A stretch of DNA of 58,396 bases from an uncultured virus (IMG/VR IMGVR_UViG_2654587819_000003). Its lineage: Monodnaviria; Sangervirae; Phixviricota; Malgrandaviricetes; Petitvirales; Microviridae. The position numbers and the translations under genes were made by a program. The stretch is taken from IMG/VR virus record IMGVR_UViG_2654587819_000003, one strand, 5' to 3'. The notes beneath the pieces were generated by a model that ran no database searches, was not told the origin of the DNA, and worked only from the letters and a program-made list of their open reading frames with translations. Position 1 is the stretch's first letter. Every line of letters starts with the position of its first letter. Of the stretch, positions 30,691 to 40,706 are shown in pieces.

Positions 30691-31708
30691 NNNNNNNNNN
30701 NNNNNNNNNNNNNNNNNNNNNNNNNNNNNNNNNNNNNNNNNNNNNNNNNNNNNNNNNNNNNNNNNNNNNNNNNNNNNNNNNNNNNNNNNNAGTTCGAGGG
30801 CAAGCTCAGCCATCCTGTACCGTGGAGCGCCATACAATCAGGATGGGTACGCATACGGCATTACGGTCCATGTTGGGCCTGTAACGGGATGGCAGCCACC
30901 CAAGCCTCGATAGTGCTTGCAAGAAGCGATTTAGTACAAGAACATGCGGTGCATGCAAAAAAATTTCGGCAACCATATGCCCTAGGCTGTACTCGTTTCG
31001 TTGCGATTGACTCCCAAAATACGGTGAAACGAGTACCGAGTCGGGCTCGACTCGCACGTCTGTTGACTATTGGCAGTCGGTCGCTTGTGGATCGACATCG
31101 AGTGTTCCTTTGTGGCCGGTAGCCGGCGTCGACCGGTAGTGTGTTCGGTGGTTGTTCGTTGGGTGGCTACTCGGGCCTGTCAGAAATTTCGTGNNNNNNN
31201 NNNNNNNNNNNNNNNNNNNNNNNNNNNNNNNNNNNNNNNNNNNNNNNNNNNNNNNNNNNNNNNNNNNNNNNNNNNNNNNNNNNNNNNNNNNNNCCACCAG
31301 TCATAGTTGCAGAGCGCCTCTCTCTGCATTCCGATCAACCCCGCCCGGCGCCAAGCCTGGCGGGGTTCCGCACGTTTTCTTGCGGACTTGGCACCCACCC
31401 TCGGGGGCCGTTTTTGGGCGTTTTTGCCCCCTTTCCCTCTCTCTTTCTCTGCCACTTGCAGACTTGCAAAGCGCCAAGTCCGCAAGACCGAGTCCATAAA
31501 AATCAGTGACTTAGGCAACACCCGCAACCCCAAATTTTTTTTCGGGTATCGGGTGCCATCTCAAAATCGGAGAAAGAGAGAACGCACTCAAGTCCGCGCA
31601 ATCGCACGNNNNNNNNNNNNNNNNNNNNNNNNNNNNNNNNNNNNNNNNNNNNNNNNNNNNNNNNNNNNNNNNNNNNNNNNNNNNNNNNNNNNNNNNNNNN
31701 NNNNNNNN

Positions 31709-32038
31709 GCGAGCCGAGCGCGCCGCCGGTGTTGTCCAGGCGGCCGACGTTGGCTTGCACCTCCGCCACCGCGGCCAGCGTGCCACCCTGGTTGATCAGG
31801 CTGCCCGCGTTGACCTTCGCCGTGCCGGCCGCGGACACCGTGCCCTTGGTGTTGTCGATCGTGCCGTCGCGCGCATCCAGCAGCAGGTTGCGCGCCGCGA
31901 TCGTGCCGGCCTGATTGCCCAGGCTCGCGGCGCTGAGGGTGGCATCCTGCGCGGCGACCAGCTTGCCGCCCGCGTTGTCGATGGCGCCGGTGCTGGTCAC
32001 GCTCAGGCCGGCCGTCTGCGAGCCGAGCGCGCCGCCGG
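31709..32038 (-). CDS. Filamentous haemagglutinin repeat fragment
   Basis: Repeated IDNAGG / LGNQAG / IDNTKG / LINQGG / LDNTGG. Confidence 0.85.
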
Positions 32039-32138
32039 NNNNNNNNNNNNNNNNNNNNNNNNNNNNNNNNNNNNNNNNNNNNNNNNNNNNNNNNNNNNNN
32101 NNNNNNNNNNNNNNNNNNNNNNNNNNNNNNNNNNNNNN

Positions 32139-32371
32139 CGCCGATCTGGATCGCATCGCGGCAAAAACGCGCGGCGGTGATGCCGCAGCCAAAATCGAGA
32201 GAATCAGGAGCTTGGTGCAAGCCGATCGAGAGGTGCTCGTCCGGGGACCAGTACCGGCCAACGCGATCAAGGGCGCGGCAAGCATGGCGCTGACACGTGG
32301 ATTACAAGGTGTCCAAATCGTTGGATTTGCGGTAACGGCAGTCGACCTGGGCCGAGCCACACAAAAATCCA
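32139..32371 (+). CDS. Hypothetical toxin-like protein fragment, copy 1
   Basis: DREVLVRGPVPANAIKG...; a near-identical paralog is at 35222-35454. Confidence 0.5.
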
Positions 32372-32471
32372 NNNNNNNNNNNNNNNNNNNNNNNNNNNNN
32401 NNNNNNNNNNNNNNNNNNNNNNNNNNNNNNNNNNNNNNNNNNNNNNNNNNNNNNNNNNNNNNNNNNNNNNN

Positions 32472-32703
32472 CGCGCGCACCCGCGCAACGTACGTGCCGG
32501 CGTAGATGCTACGCACCTCGATGCTCTGTGAGCCCGTGCGGCCGGCCGTTACCCACTCGCCATTGTCACGGCGCCATTCGACCGTATAGGCGACCGCGCT
32601 GGCGGCTGGCTGCCAGTCGATCACCATCGTTGTGATGGCGATGCCCTGATCGATGGCACTGTAGGTGGAAAGCGTCACTTCAGTCGGCGGCGGCTGCACG
32701 GAT
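32472..32703 (-). CDS. Phage central tail fibre/host specificity J fragment
   Basis: SVQPPPT...WRRDNGEWV...GTYVARVRA; overlaps 35555. Confidence 0.8.
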
Positions 32704-32968
32704 NNNNNNNNNNNNNNNNNNNNNNNNNNNNNNNNNNNNNNNNNNNNNNNNNNNNNNNNNNNNNNNNNNNNNNNNNNNNNNNNNNNNNNNNNNNNNNNNN
32801 NNNCTGGTGCGAGCTGGATTTCGTCAACTTCATCGAAATCATTTTCGGGGTTGATCGCCTGGCCGCGCAACGCCGCGCCATCGGCCTCTAACCCGGGCGC
32901 CGCCCACCGCACCCGGGCGGGCCGACCTGCCCGGGCACCCCCTTCACCTCTTCATCGCTTTGACCACC

Positions 32969-33082
32969 ATGGAAAAAAAAACCGCGACCATCACCCTGGA
33001 CACCCCCATCACGCGCGGGGAACAGACCATCAAGAGCATCACCGTGCGCAAACCGGGCGCTGGCGAGCTGCGCGGCGTGAGC
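32969..33082 (+). CDS. P2-like tail assembly chaperone E, N-terminal fragment
   Basis: TITLDTPITRGEQTI..ITVRKPGAGELRGVS, after the tube gene end. Confidence 0.88.
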
Positions 33083-33182
33083 NNNNNNNNNNNNNNNNNN
33101 NNNNNNNNNNNNNNNNNNNNNNNNNNNNNNNNNNNNNNNNNNNNNNNNNNNNNNNNNNNNNNNNNNNNNNNNNNNNNNNNNN

Positions 33183-33360
33183 GACGCAGAACGGATTGCA
33201 GCAGGTCAACGTCGCACGTCCGAACGGAAGCGGTGTTTCACTGAACACCTACACGCAGTTCAACGTTCCTGGTCAAGGCACCATCCTCAACAACGCCCCC
33301 GGTATCACGCAAACGCAGCAGGCGGGCTACATCAACGGCAACCCGAACCTGCTGCCCGGC
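33183..33360 (+). CDS. Filamentous haemagglutinin N-terminal TPS domain fragment
   Basis: VNVARPNGSGVSLNTYTQFNV...ILNN...INGNPNL. Confidence 0.9.
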
Positions 33361-33460
33361 NNNNNNNNNNNNNNNNNNNNNNNNNNNNNNNNNNNNNNNN
33401 NNNNNNNNNNNNNNNNNNNNNNNNNNNNNNNNNNNNNNNNNNNNNNNNNNNNNNNNNNNN

Positions 33461-33609
33461 CATGCGCATGCACTCCACGTAATCCAGCAGCTCGCGACGG
33501 TCCAGCACTTCGACCGGATCGCCGAACGAGAAGACCTCAGCCTGCGCGGCGCGGTCGGTGTGGTGCTCGGCGGGCGCCTCGGTGTTGGCGGTGCGCACGT
33601 GTGCGGATG
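33461..33609 (-). CDS. P2-like portal Q, N-terminal fragment, variant 1
   Basis: AEVFSFGDPVEVLDRRELLDYVEC. Confidence 0.88.
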
Positions 33610-33709
33610 NNNNNNNNNNNNNNNNNNNNNNNNNNNNNNNNNNNNNNNNNNNNNNNNNNNNNNNNNNNNNNNNNNNNNNNNNNNNNNNNNNNNNNNNNNN
33701 NNNNNNNNN

Positions 33710-34063
33710 AGGGATGCCGACCTGTTCCTCGGCGCGGCCGGAGCCGCGCAGGCGGAGGAATTCGGCGATCAACTCGGCGCGGGTGAAGCGGCGGGGCATC
33801 TGCGTTACGCGCTGAGTTGGGCCGCGACTGCGTAGCAGGTCGGCGCGATGGCGCCGGCCAGGCCGAACAGGACCAGGATCAGGGCGATGCTGGCCGCCGG
33901 GTTGCGGCTGAACGGGCCGTTTGCCAGGCGGTGGATGGCTGACGTGCGCGCGGTCATAGCGACACCCCATTGCCATGGCGATCAGGGAACGCGAGCGCCT
34001 CGGCCTTTTCAAGGGTGTCGACGTGCAGGCACGCGACGCGCAACTGCAGGCGTCCCTTTTTCA
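33710..34063 (-). CDS. Three small phage early genes (a gene end at 33954; 33805-33957; a start at 33799)
   Basis: Coupled ORFs; the left end joins either variant 38091-38209 or 40938-41056. Confidence 0.5.
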
Positions 34064-34478
34064 NNNNNNNNNNNNNNNNNNNNNNNNNNNNNNNNNNNNN
34101 NNNNNNNNNNNNNNNNNNNNNNNNNNNNNNNNNNNNNNNNNNNNNNNNNNNNNNNNNNNNNNNAGGCGGATGATTCGGGGCATATCGGTGTTTCAGGAAG
34201 CGGAGTTGTGAGCGGTATCGAAGCGATCGGATTCGCGCCAGGAACGCACGACGCGGCCATCTACGCCGAAGTACGCCACGCCATAGGGGCTCATGACACT
34301 ACCCCGCCCGCACCGCTTCCCGCAGTTGCGGACTCATTGGTCGCCAGCGTCCACACAGTGGCCGTGCTCCAGGTGGGANNNNNNNNNNNNNNNNNNNNNN
34401 NNNNNNNNNNNNNNNNNNNNNNNNNNNNNNNNNNNNNNNNNNNNNNNNNNNNNNNNNNNNNNNNNNNNNNNNNNNNNN

Positions 34479-34626
34479 GACCGGTGAACTTGCCGCGCTG
34501 CGGGCCGAAGCCCGCCATCAGGCGCACGCTGCCGAGACGGCACGTGACCAGGCTGCCGCCGAATCCGAGGCTGCCCGGCAGGCGACGGCAGCAACCCAAG
34601 CGCAGCTTGATGCCGTCCGCGCCCAG
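34479..34626 (+). CDS. KfrA/TnpT-like coiled-coil fragment, variant 1
   Basis: GELAALRAEARHQAHAAETARDQAAAESEAARQ; variant 2 is at 38531-38678. Confidence 0.55.
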
Positions 34627-34726
34627 NNNNNNNNNNNNNNNNNNNNNNNNNNNNNNNNNNNNNNNNNNNNNNNNNNNNNNNNNNNNNNNNNNNNNNNNNN
34701 NNNNNNNNNNNNNNNNNNNNNNNNNN

Positions 34727-34902
34727 GCCGTGGCGATCTCGTTCGTGATCCACTCCTGATACGTATAGCGGTGACTGATGGCATCGATCATCCTGGCGAT
34801 GCGTCCGAATCCGTGCAAGCGACCTCCTGGCAAGTAAGCCACATGCGCAACACCGCGAAACGGCAGCAGATGGTGCGGACAAACGCCATGCACGGCAATA
34901 CT
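34727..34902 (-). CDS. Divergent GTP cyclohydrolase I (FolE-like), central fragment
   Basis: VCPHHLLPFRGVAHVAYLP...GFGRIAR...QEWITNEIAT. Confidence 0.82.
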
Positions 34903-35002
34903 NNNNNNNNNNNNNNNNNNNNNNNNNNNNNNNNNNNNNNNNNNNNNNNNNNNNNNNNNNNNNNNNNNNNNNNNNNNNNNNNNNNNNNNNNNNNNNNNNN
35001 NN

Positions 35003-35121
35003 TCTGGCAACGGCGCCTGCTTGATGGCTATGATGTTGATCCCGCCGAAGCGCTGGGCTCGGGCTTCGAGGATGTCCGCAAGGACATGGTTATCATCAGG
35101 AGTATTGCCGTGCATGGCGTT
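35003..35121 (+). CDS. FolE-like N-proximal fragment, variant 1
   Basis: LLDGYDVDP...KDMVIIRSIAVHGV; overlaps 34882-34902. Confidence 0.78.
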
Positions 35122-35221
35122 NNNNNNNNNNNNNNNNNNNNNNNNNNNNNNNNNNNNNNNNNNNNNNNNNNNNNNNNNNNNNNNNNNNNNNNNNNNNNNN
35201 NNNNNNNNNNNNNNNNNNNNN

Positions 35222-35454
35222 TGGATTTTTGTGTGGCTCGGCTCAGGTCGACCGCCGTTACCGCAAATCCAACGATCTGCACGCCTTGCAACCCACGCGT
35301 CAGCGCCATGCTTGCCGCACCCTTGATCGCGTTGGCCGGTACCGGTCCCCGGACGAGCACCTCGCGATCGGCTTGCACCAAGCTTCTGATTCTCTCGATG
35401 TTGGCTGCGGCATTGCCGCCGCGCGTTTTGGCAGCGATGCGATCCAGATCGGCG
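35222..35454 (-). CDS. Hypothetical toxin-like protein fragment, copy 2
   Basis: Paralog of 32139-32371 with mostly synonymous changes. Confidence 0.5.
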
Positions 35455-35554
35455 NNNNNNNNNNNNNNNNNNNNNNNNNNNNNNNNNNNNNNNNNNNNNN
35501 NNNNNNNNNNNNNNNNNNNNNNNNNNNNNNNNNNNNNNNNNNNNNNNNNNNNNN

Positions 35555-35925
35555 GTCGGCGGCGGCTGCACGGATGGCGGCAACACCGACACCGGCCGCG
35601 CCTCGATGCGCGTGCCGTGGTCGATCGCCGCGAATTTCGATGGGTTGTACTCGAGCGCCGAAATCTCGAACGTTAGGCCCTCGTCCTCCCTTACCGACAC
35701 CACCCGGAACAACTGGGTTTTGAGATCGGCGCTCTCGACGGACCACACCGCCTCCGCCTGCACCGGCTGCGACCAGTCGGCCGAAACGGTCAGGCTTTGC
35801 TCATCGACCCGTGAGACCGTCCGCCGTTGTGCGGTACCGTCCGGCAGGTTCACCAGCAGCGTATCGCCTGCTTTGACCGCCACCGGTCGATCGAGCACTA
35901 CCGTCCGGCCGGCGGCCGAGCGGAC
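35555..35925 (-). CDS. Phage central tail fibre/host specificity J fragment
   Basis: LDRPVAVKAGDTLLVNLPDG...QLFRVVSV...ISALEYNPSKFAAIDHG. Confidence 0.85.
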
Positions 35926-36025
35926 NNNNNNNNNNNNNNNNNNNNNNNNNNNNNNNNNNNNNNNNNNNNNNNNNNNNNNNNNNNNNNNNNNNNNNNNNNN
36001 NNNNNNNNNNNNNNNNNNNNNNNNN

Positions 36026-36161
36026 GTAGGACTGCGTGATCACGCGCTCGTCGCCGCGACGATTCTCGCCCATGAGCAAGCACAACTGCTCGGCCTCGAT
36101 CCAGCAAGCCGCGCCCCGCGCCTTGCCGTACCCTACCAGGGCCGTGGCGATCTCGTTCGTG
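36026..36161 (-). CDS. FolE-like C-proximal fragment, variant A
   Basis: TNEIATALVGYGKARGAACWIEAEQLCLLMGENRRGDERVITQSY. Confidence 0.75.
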
Positions 36162-36261
36162 NNNNNNNNNNNNNNNNNNNNNNNNNNNNNNNNNNNNNNN
36201 NNNNNNNNNNNNNNNNNNNNNNNNNNNNNNNNNNNNNNNNNNNNNNNNNNNNNNNNNNNNN

Positions 36262-36377
36262 CACCGGCGCCCGCTCGCTCTCATTCGAGTACCAGTACAC
36301 GCTAACGCTGATCGTGACCGACTACCCCGACAGCTCGGACACGATCGTCGTGCCTGTCCTGGCCTGGCTGCGGACGA
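36262..36377 (+). CDS. P2-like tail completion R fragment, variant 1
   Basis: SLSFEYQYTLTLIVTDY...VPVLAWLR. Confidence 0.85.
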
Positions 36378-36477
36378 NNNNNNNNNNNNNNNNNNNNNNN
36401 NNNNNNNNNNNNNNNNNNNNNNNNNNNNNNNNNNNNNNNNNNNNNNNNNNNNNNNNNNNNNNNNNNNNNNNNNNNNN

Positions 36478-36652
36478 CCGCCGATCTCCCGGGCGACAAC
36501 ATCCTGATGCCGGTGTTCCCCGCGCCTGCGGGGATGAACCGGCTCAGATCGAGTTCACGCGTTTGGCGCAGACGTGTTCCCCGCGCCTGCGGGGATGAAC
36601 CGGTGCAGTTCCACGACGCAGTTGCCGATGCCGCGTGTTCCCCGCGCCTGCG
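36478..36652 (+). CRISPR. Type I-E CRISPR array fragment (2 full and 2 partial repeats, three 32-nt spacers)
   Basis: 29-nt repeat GTGTTCCCCGCGCCTGCGGGGATGAACCG at 36513, 36574 and 36635 (partial); 61-nt period. Confidence 0.95.
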
Positions 36653-36752
36653 NNNNNNNNNNNNNNNNNNNNNNNNNNNNNNNNNNNNNNNNNNNNNNNN
36701 NNNNNNNNNNNNNNNNNNNNNNNNNNNNNNNNNNNNNNNNNNNNNNNNNNNN

Positions 36753-36871
36753 TCTGGCAACGGCGCCTGCTTGCTGGCTATGATATCGATCCCGCCCAGG
36801 CGCTGGGCTCGGGCTTCGAGGATGTCCGCAAGGACATGGTGATCATCCGAAGTATTGCCGTGCATGGCGTT
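36753..36871 (+). CDS. FolE-like N-proximal fragment, variant 2
   Basis: LLAGYDIDPAQALG...; same ends as 35003-35121. Confidence 0.78.
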
Positions 36872-36971
36872 NNNNNNNNNNNNNNNNNNNNNNNNNNNNN
36901 NNNNNNNNNNNNNNNNNNNNNNNNNNNNNNNNNNNNNNNNNNNNNNNNNNNNNNNNNNNNNNNNNNNNNNN

Positions 36972-37087
36972 CACCGGCGCCCGCTCGCTCTCGTTCGAGT
37001 ACCAGTACACGTTGACGCTGATCGTGACCGACTACCCCGACAGCTCGGACACGATCGTTGTGCCCATCCTGGCCTGGCTGCGGACGA
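36972..37087 (+). CDS. P2-like tail completion R fragment, variant 2
   Basis: Same ends as 36262-36377 with internal SNPs. Confidence 0.85.
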
Positions 37088-37187
37088 NNNNNNNNNNNNN
37101 NNNNNNNNNNNNNNNNNNNNNNNNNNNNNNNNNNNNNNNNNNNNNNNNNNNNNNNNNNNNNNNNNNNNNNNNNNNNNNNNNNNNNNN

Positions 37188-37439
37188 AACGTGGCCAGCC
37201 GGCGCAGGCTCGGCATACGCTGGATCGCGCTCGCTTTGGCGCTGCTGGCGTAACGCGCCAGTGCGGCTACACGCGAATCCGGGACATGCGCCGGTACCGG
37301 AAGTTTCACGCCCAACTCGCGCACGGCACGCAAACGCTGCAGGGCTTGCACGAGCGACACCGAACTGACCATCACAGGGCCGTTGCGCAACTGATCCAGT
37401 GGCGAGTTGCGACTGCCAGCCGGCACGGCGAGCAGACGC
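37188..37439 (-). mobile_element. tnpA: Tn3-family transposase N-proximal fragment
   Basis: SPLDQLRNGP...ALQRLRAVRELG...RVAALARYA...RRLAT. Confidence 0.82.
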
Positions 37440-37539
37440 NNNNNNNNNNNNNNNNNNNNNNNNNNNNNNNNNNNNNNNNNNNNNNNNNNNNNNNNNNNNN
37501 NNNNNNNNNNNNNNNNNNNNNNNNNNNNNNNNNNNNNNN

Positions 37540-37675
37540 CACGAACGAGATCGCCACGGCTCTGGTCATGTACGGCAAGGCGCGGGGCGCGGCTTGCGGG
37601 ATCGAGGCTGAGCAGTTGTGCTTGCTCATGGGCGAGAACCGTCGCGGCGACGAACGCGTGATCACGCAGTCCTAC
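37540..37675 (+). CDS. FolE-like C-proximal fragment, variant B
   Basis: TNEIATALVMYGKARGAACGIEAEQLCLLMGENRR. Confidence 0.75.
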
Positions 37676-38309
37676 NNNNNNNNNNNNNNNNNNNNNNNNN
37701 NNNNNNNNNNNNNNNNNNNNNNNNNNNNNNNNNNNNNNNNNNNNNNNNNNNNNNNNNNNNNNNNNNNNNNNNNNNGATGCGCGCATGGAACCGGTCAGAA
37801 GCCGGCGTCTCGCTAGGCTGCCAATCCGGCCACCCTCTCTGGGGCTCGGGATGAAAATCGCTGCATCAGTGCAGAGCTTTGGGCTAATCCGGATTGGTCG
37901 GCATCTGATGTCATGCGTGGCCCTCAAAACACCCCTTACCGGTCGCATCGGCGACAAGGACAAAAATCACGTGAAGCTTACCGCAACGCTNNNNNNNNNN
38001 NNNNNNNNNNNNNNNNNNNNNNNNNNNNNNNNNNNNNNNNNNNNNNNNNNNNNNNNNNNNNNNNNNNNNNNNNNNNNNNNNNNNNNNNNNACTGCAGGCG
38101 TCCCTTTTTCAAGGTGTGAGAGGGGTATGGACCTGTCCCGCGTTCGGTCACCTTCCACTTGTTGAGCAGCAGCGCTGCAAGCAAGCCAGGGCCGAGAAAC
38201 ATGGGCGAGNNNNNNNNNNNNNNNNNNNNNNNNNNNNNNNNNNNNNNNNNNNNNNNNNNNNNNNNNNNNNNNNNNNNNNNNNNNNNNNNNNNNNNNNNNN
38301 NNNNNNNNN

Positions 38310-38430
38310 CTGTGACGGCGATAGCGGCAGCGGACGTGCTGGTTGCGATGGGTTCAGCCATATGGTTCCTTGGGGTCAGTCCCACAGCTGCACCGTCTGC
38401 GCGGTCTGCTGCTGCGGGGAGATGTCAGGC
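38310..38430 (-). CDS. P2-like tail X 3' end (38376-38430) and holin start (38361)
   Basis: PDISPQQQTAQTVQLWD-stop, then MAEPIATSTSAAAIAV. Confidence 0.75.
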
Positions 38431-38530
38431 NNNNNNNNNNNNNNNNNNNNNNNNNNNNNNNNNNNNNNNNNNNNNNNNNNNNNNNNNNNNNNNNNNNNNN
38501 NNNNNNNNNNNNNNNNNNNNNNNNNNNNNN

Positions 38531-38678
38531 CTGGGCGCGGACGGCATCAAGTTGCGCTTGGGTGGCTGCCGTCGCCTGCCGGGCAGCCTCGGATTCGGCG
38601 GCCGCCTGGTCACGTGCCGTCTCGGCAGCGTGCGCCTGGTGGCGCGCTTCAGCCCGTAGCGCGGCAAGTTCACCGGTC
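38531..38678 (-). CDS. KfrA/TnpT-like coiled-coil fragment, variant 2
   Basis: Paralog of 34479-34626. Confidence 0.55.
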
Positions 38679-38778
38679 NNNNNNNNNNNNNNNNNNNNNN
38701 NNNNNNNNNNNNNNNNNNNNNNNNNNNNNNNNNNNNNNNNNNNNNNNNNNNNNNNNNNNNNNNNNNNNNNNNNNNNNN

Positions 38779-38890
38779 GACCACCACCTCGGCGCCGGCC
38801 GGACTGAATGCGCGCGCGTCCGCCACCCGGCCGTCAGCCGAGCGCGCGAAGAACTCGTAGGCCTTGGCCGGGCCGGCCACGGACAGCCCT
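38779..38890 (-). CDS. P2-like baseplate J fragment
   Basis: GLSVAGPAKAYEFFARSADGRVADA. Confidence 0.85.
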
Positions 38891-39008
38891 NNNNNNNNNN
38901 NNNNNNNNNNNNNNNNNNNNNNNNNNNNNNNNNNNNNNNNNNNNNNNNNNNNNNNNNNNNNNNNNNNNNNNNNNNNNNNNNNNNNNNNNNGGTTCCGGCG
39001 TAGAACCC

Positions 39009-39277
39009 CAGATAGCCCTTGAATGGGTCGAGCTTCGTCGGGCGTGGTTCGCGCTGCCTGTAACGGCCGGCTTGCCCCTCGCGCAGATAGCGCCGCACCG
39101 TGTTGCGCGACAGACCCGTTTGCCGCGCTATCTCCCGTACCGCCGTACCCCGTCTTGCCAATACCTTGATTTCCACTGCTTGCTCCTGAGTCAGCATCGG
39201 CGGCAAAAGCCGCCATCCTCTCCCAGGTGGGTCAGGTTTACTTCGGCGGGTGGGTCAGTTTTACATCGGCGCTAACA
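39009..39277 (-). mobile_element. istA: IS21-family left end with istA 5' part (ATG 39197)
   Basis: Terminal TGTTAGCGCCGATGTAAAACTGACCCACC plus an internal repeat; MLTQEQAVEIKVLARRG..REIARQTGLSRNTVRRYL..KLDPFK. Confidence 0.9.
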
Positions 39278-39718
39278 CTTTCGCGGCTTTTTTTGTCCGT
39301 ATCGCCTTTGCGCGCCCTTTTTATGGCGGGNNNNNNNNNNNNNNNNNNNNNNNNNNNNNNNNNNNNNNNNNNNNNNNNNNNNNNNNNNNNNNNNNNNNNN
39401 NNNNNNNNNNNNNNNNNNNNNNNNNNNNNNGGCTCTCGCCTCCCTGCGCCCAATAGCACAGATTGCCCTCGCCCTGCGCTCGGATACGGGATGCCCGGCA
39501 AACACTCGCTCCTGCGAGGTGGTGGACGTCGTCTCGTCGTCTTGAAGGCTTTTGGGAGTGCCGGTGCGCTAGCGCCTATATGCTGCGCTCGGGCCCCTAC
39601 GGGGTTGGGTGCGTGCCGCATGCGCTTCAATCCGTCTATCAAGCGGGCCATCGGGTTGAAGGGGTGCTCCAGGCGGTGATAGGGTGAGGGGCTTTCGAAG
39701 AATTTTCTTCTGAGGTGC

Positions 39719-39747
39719 TTGACAAGGTGTCCTCATGGTCCCATAAT
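39719..39747 (+). promoter_or_regulatory. Sigma70 promoter of the tRNA-tuf operon
   Basis: TTGACA-17bp-CATAAT. Confidence 0.8.
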
Positions 39748-39761
39748 CGCAAGTTCTCTTC

Positions 39762-39847
39762 GGAGAGGTGCCCGAGTGGCTAAAGGGGGCAGACTGTAAA
39801 TCTGTTGGCTTACGCCTACGTTGGTTCGAATCCAACCCTCTCCACCA
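39762..39847 (+). tRNA. tRNA-Tyr(GTA)
   Basis: Cloverleaf, anticodon loop CTGTAAA, long variable arm, CCA end. Confidence 0.96.
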
Positions 39848-39904
39848 GAATTAAGCAGTGAGTCCGGTCCGGTGGGCCGGGCGGTAAGGGAAGTAGTAGC
39901 CCGG

Positions 39905-39978
39905 GCGGGTGTAGCTCAATGGTAGAGCAGAAGCCTTCCAAGCTTACGACGAGGGTTCGATTCCCTTCACCCGCTCCA
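39905..39978 (+). tRNA. tRNA-Gly(TCC)
   Basis: Anticodon loop CTTCCAA, GGTTCGA, CCA end. Confidence 0.96.
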
Positions 39979-39999
39979 TTCACTGTTCGTTAAGTTTTC

Positions 40000-40074
<75 letters not shown>

Positions 40075-40117
40075 CGCATCCACCAACGCAAATCGCTACC
40101 GAGACAGGAGTCGCGAC

Positions 40118-40135
40118 ATGGCAAAGGAAAAGTTC
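40118..40135 (+). CDS. tuf: Elongation factor Tu, first 6 codons
   Basis: AGGAG RBS and MAKEKF after the Tyr-Gly-Thr tRNAs. Confidence 0.88.
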
Positions 40136-40456
40136 NNNNNNNNNNNNNNNNNNNNNNNNNNNNNNNNNNNNNNNNNNNNNNNNNNNNNNNNNNNNNNNNN
40201 NNNNNNNNNNNNNNNNNNNNNNNNNNNNNNNNNNNGTGCCTAACACGCTCTAAGATTCCCGATTTCCTGCAATCTCGGTTCTGCCGGACATAGAAGAGAG
40301 CATGAACATCACGGAAATCGTCAACGCCATCCGCTCGGGCGTGATCCAGGACGGCCNNNNNNNNNNNNNNNNNNNNNNNNNNNNNNNNNNNNNNNNNNNN
40401 NNNNNNNNNNNNNNNNNNNNNNNNNNNNNNNNNNNNNNNNNNNNNNNNNNNNNNNN

Positions 40457-40606
40457 CACGATCCGGGCCGACTGCACGGTCAGGCGGTCGGCGAGCGGCC
40501 GGGTGTCGTCATCGCTCAACGCCGTGCGCACGGTCGCCAGCAGGCTCTCGTCGGCCGTGCCATCGCCCAGGTGCGACAGCACCGAGACCACCACCTCGGC
40601 GCCGGC
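40457..40606 (-). CDS. P2-like baseplate J fragment
   Basis: VVVSVLSHLGDGTA...RPLADRLTVQSARIV. Confidence 0.85.
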
Positions 40607-40706
40607 NNNNNNNNNNNNNNNNNNNNNNNNNNNNNNNNNNNNNNNNNNNNNNNNNNNNNNNNNNNNNNNNNNNNNNNNNNNNNNNNNNNNNNNNNNNNNN
40701 NNNNNN

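Noticed and set aside
30809..31193. Low-GC segment after an IS end as a toxin-immunity pair
   Set aside because: Only a 34-codon possible C-terminus is visible, too little to call.
36481..36634. Self-targeting of spacers against prophages in this window
   Set aside because: I found no protospacer match by eye; a computational search is needed.
34727..37675. CRISPR array + FolE + Tn3 as one defence or CAST-like locus
   Set aside because: They are close only because of arbitrary contig order. No end overlap links the CRISPR contig to the others, and no cas, que or dpd genes are visible.
37776..37990. Possible transposon res/promoter region
   Set aside because: No overlap to the Tn3 pieces and no diagnostic repeat found.
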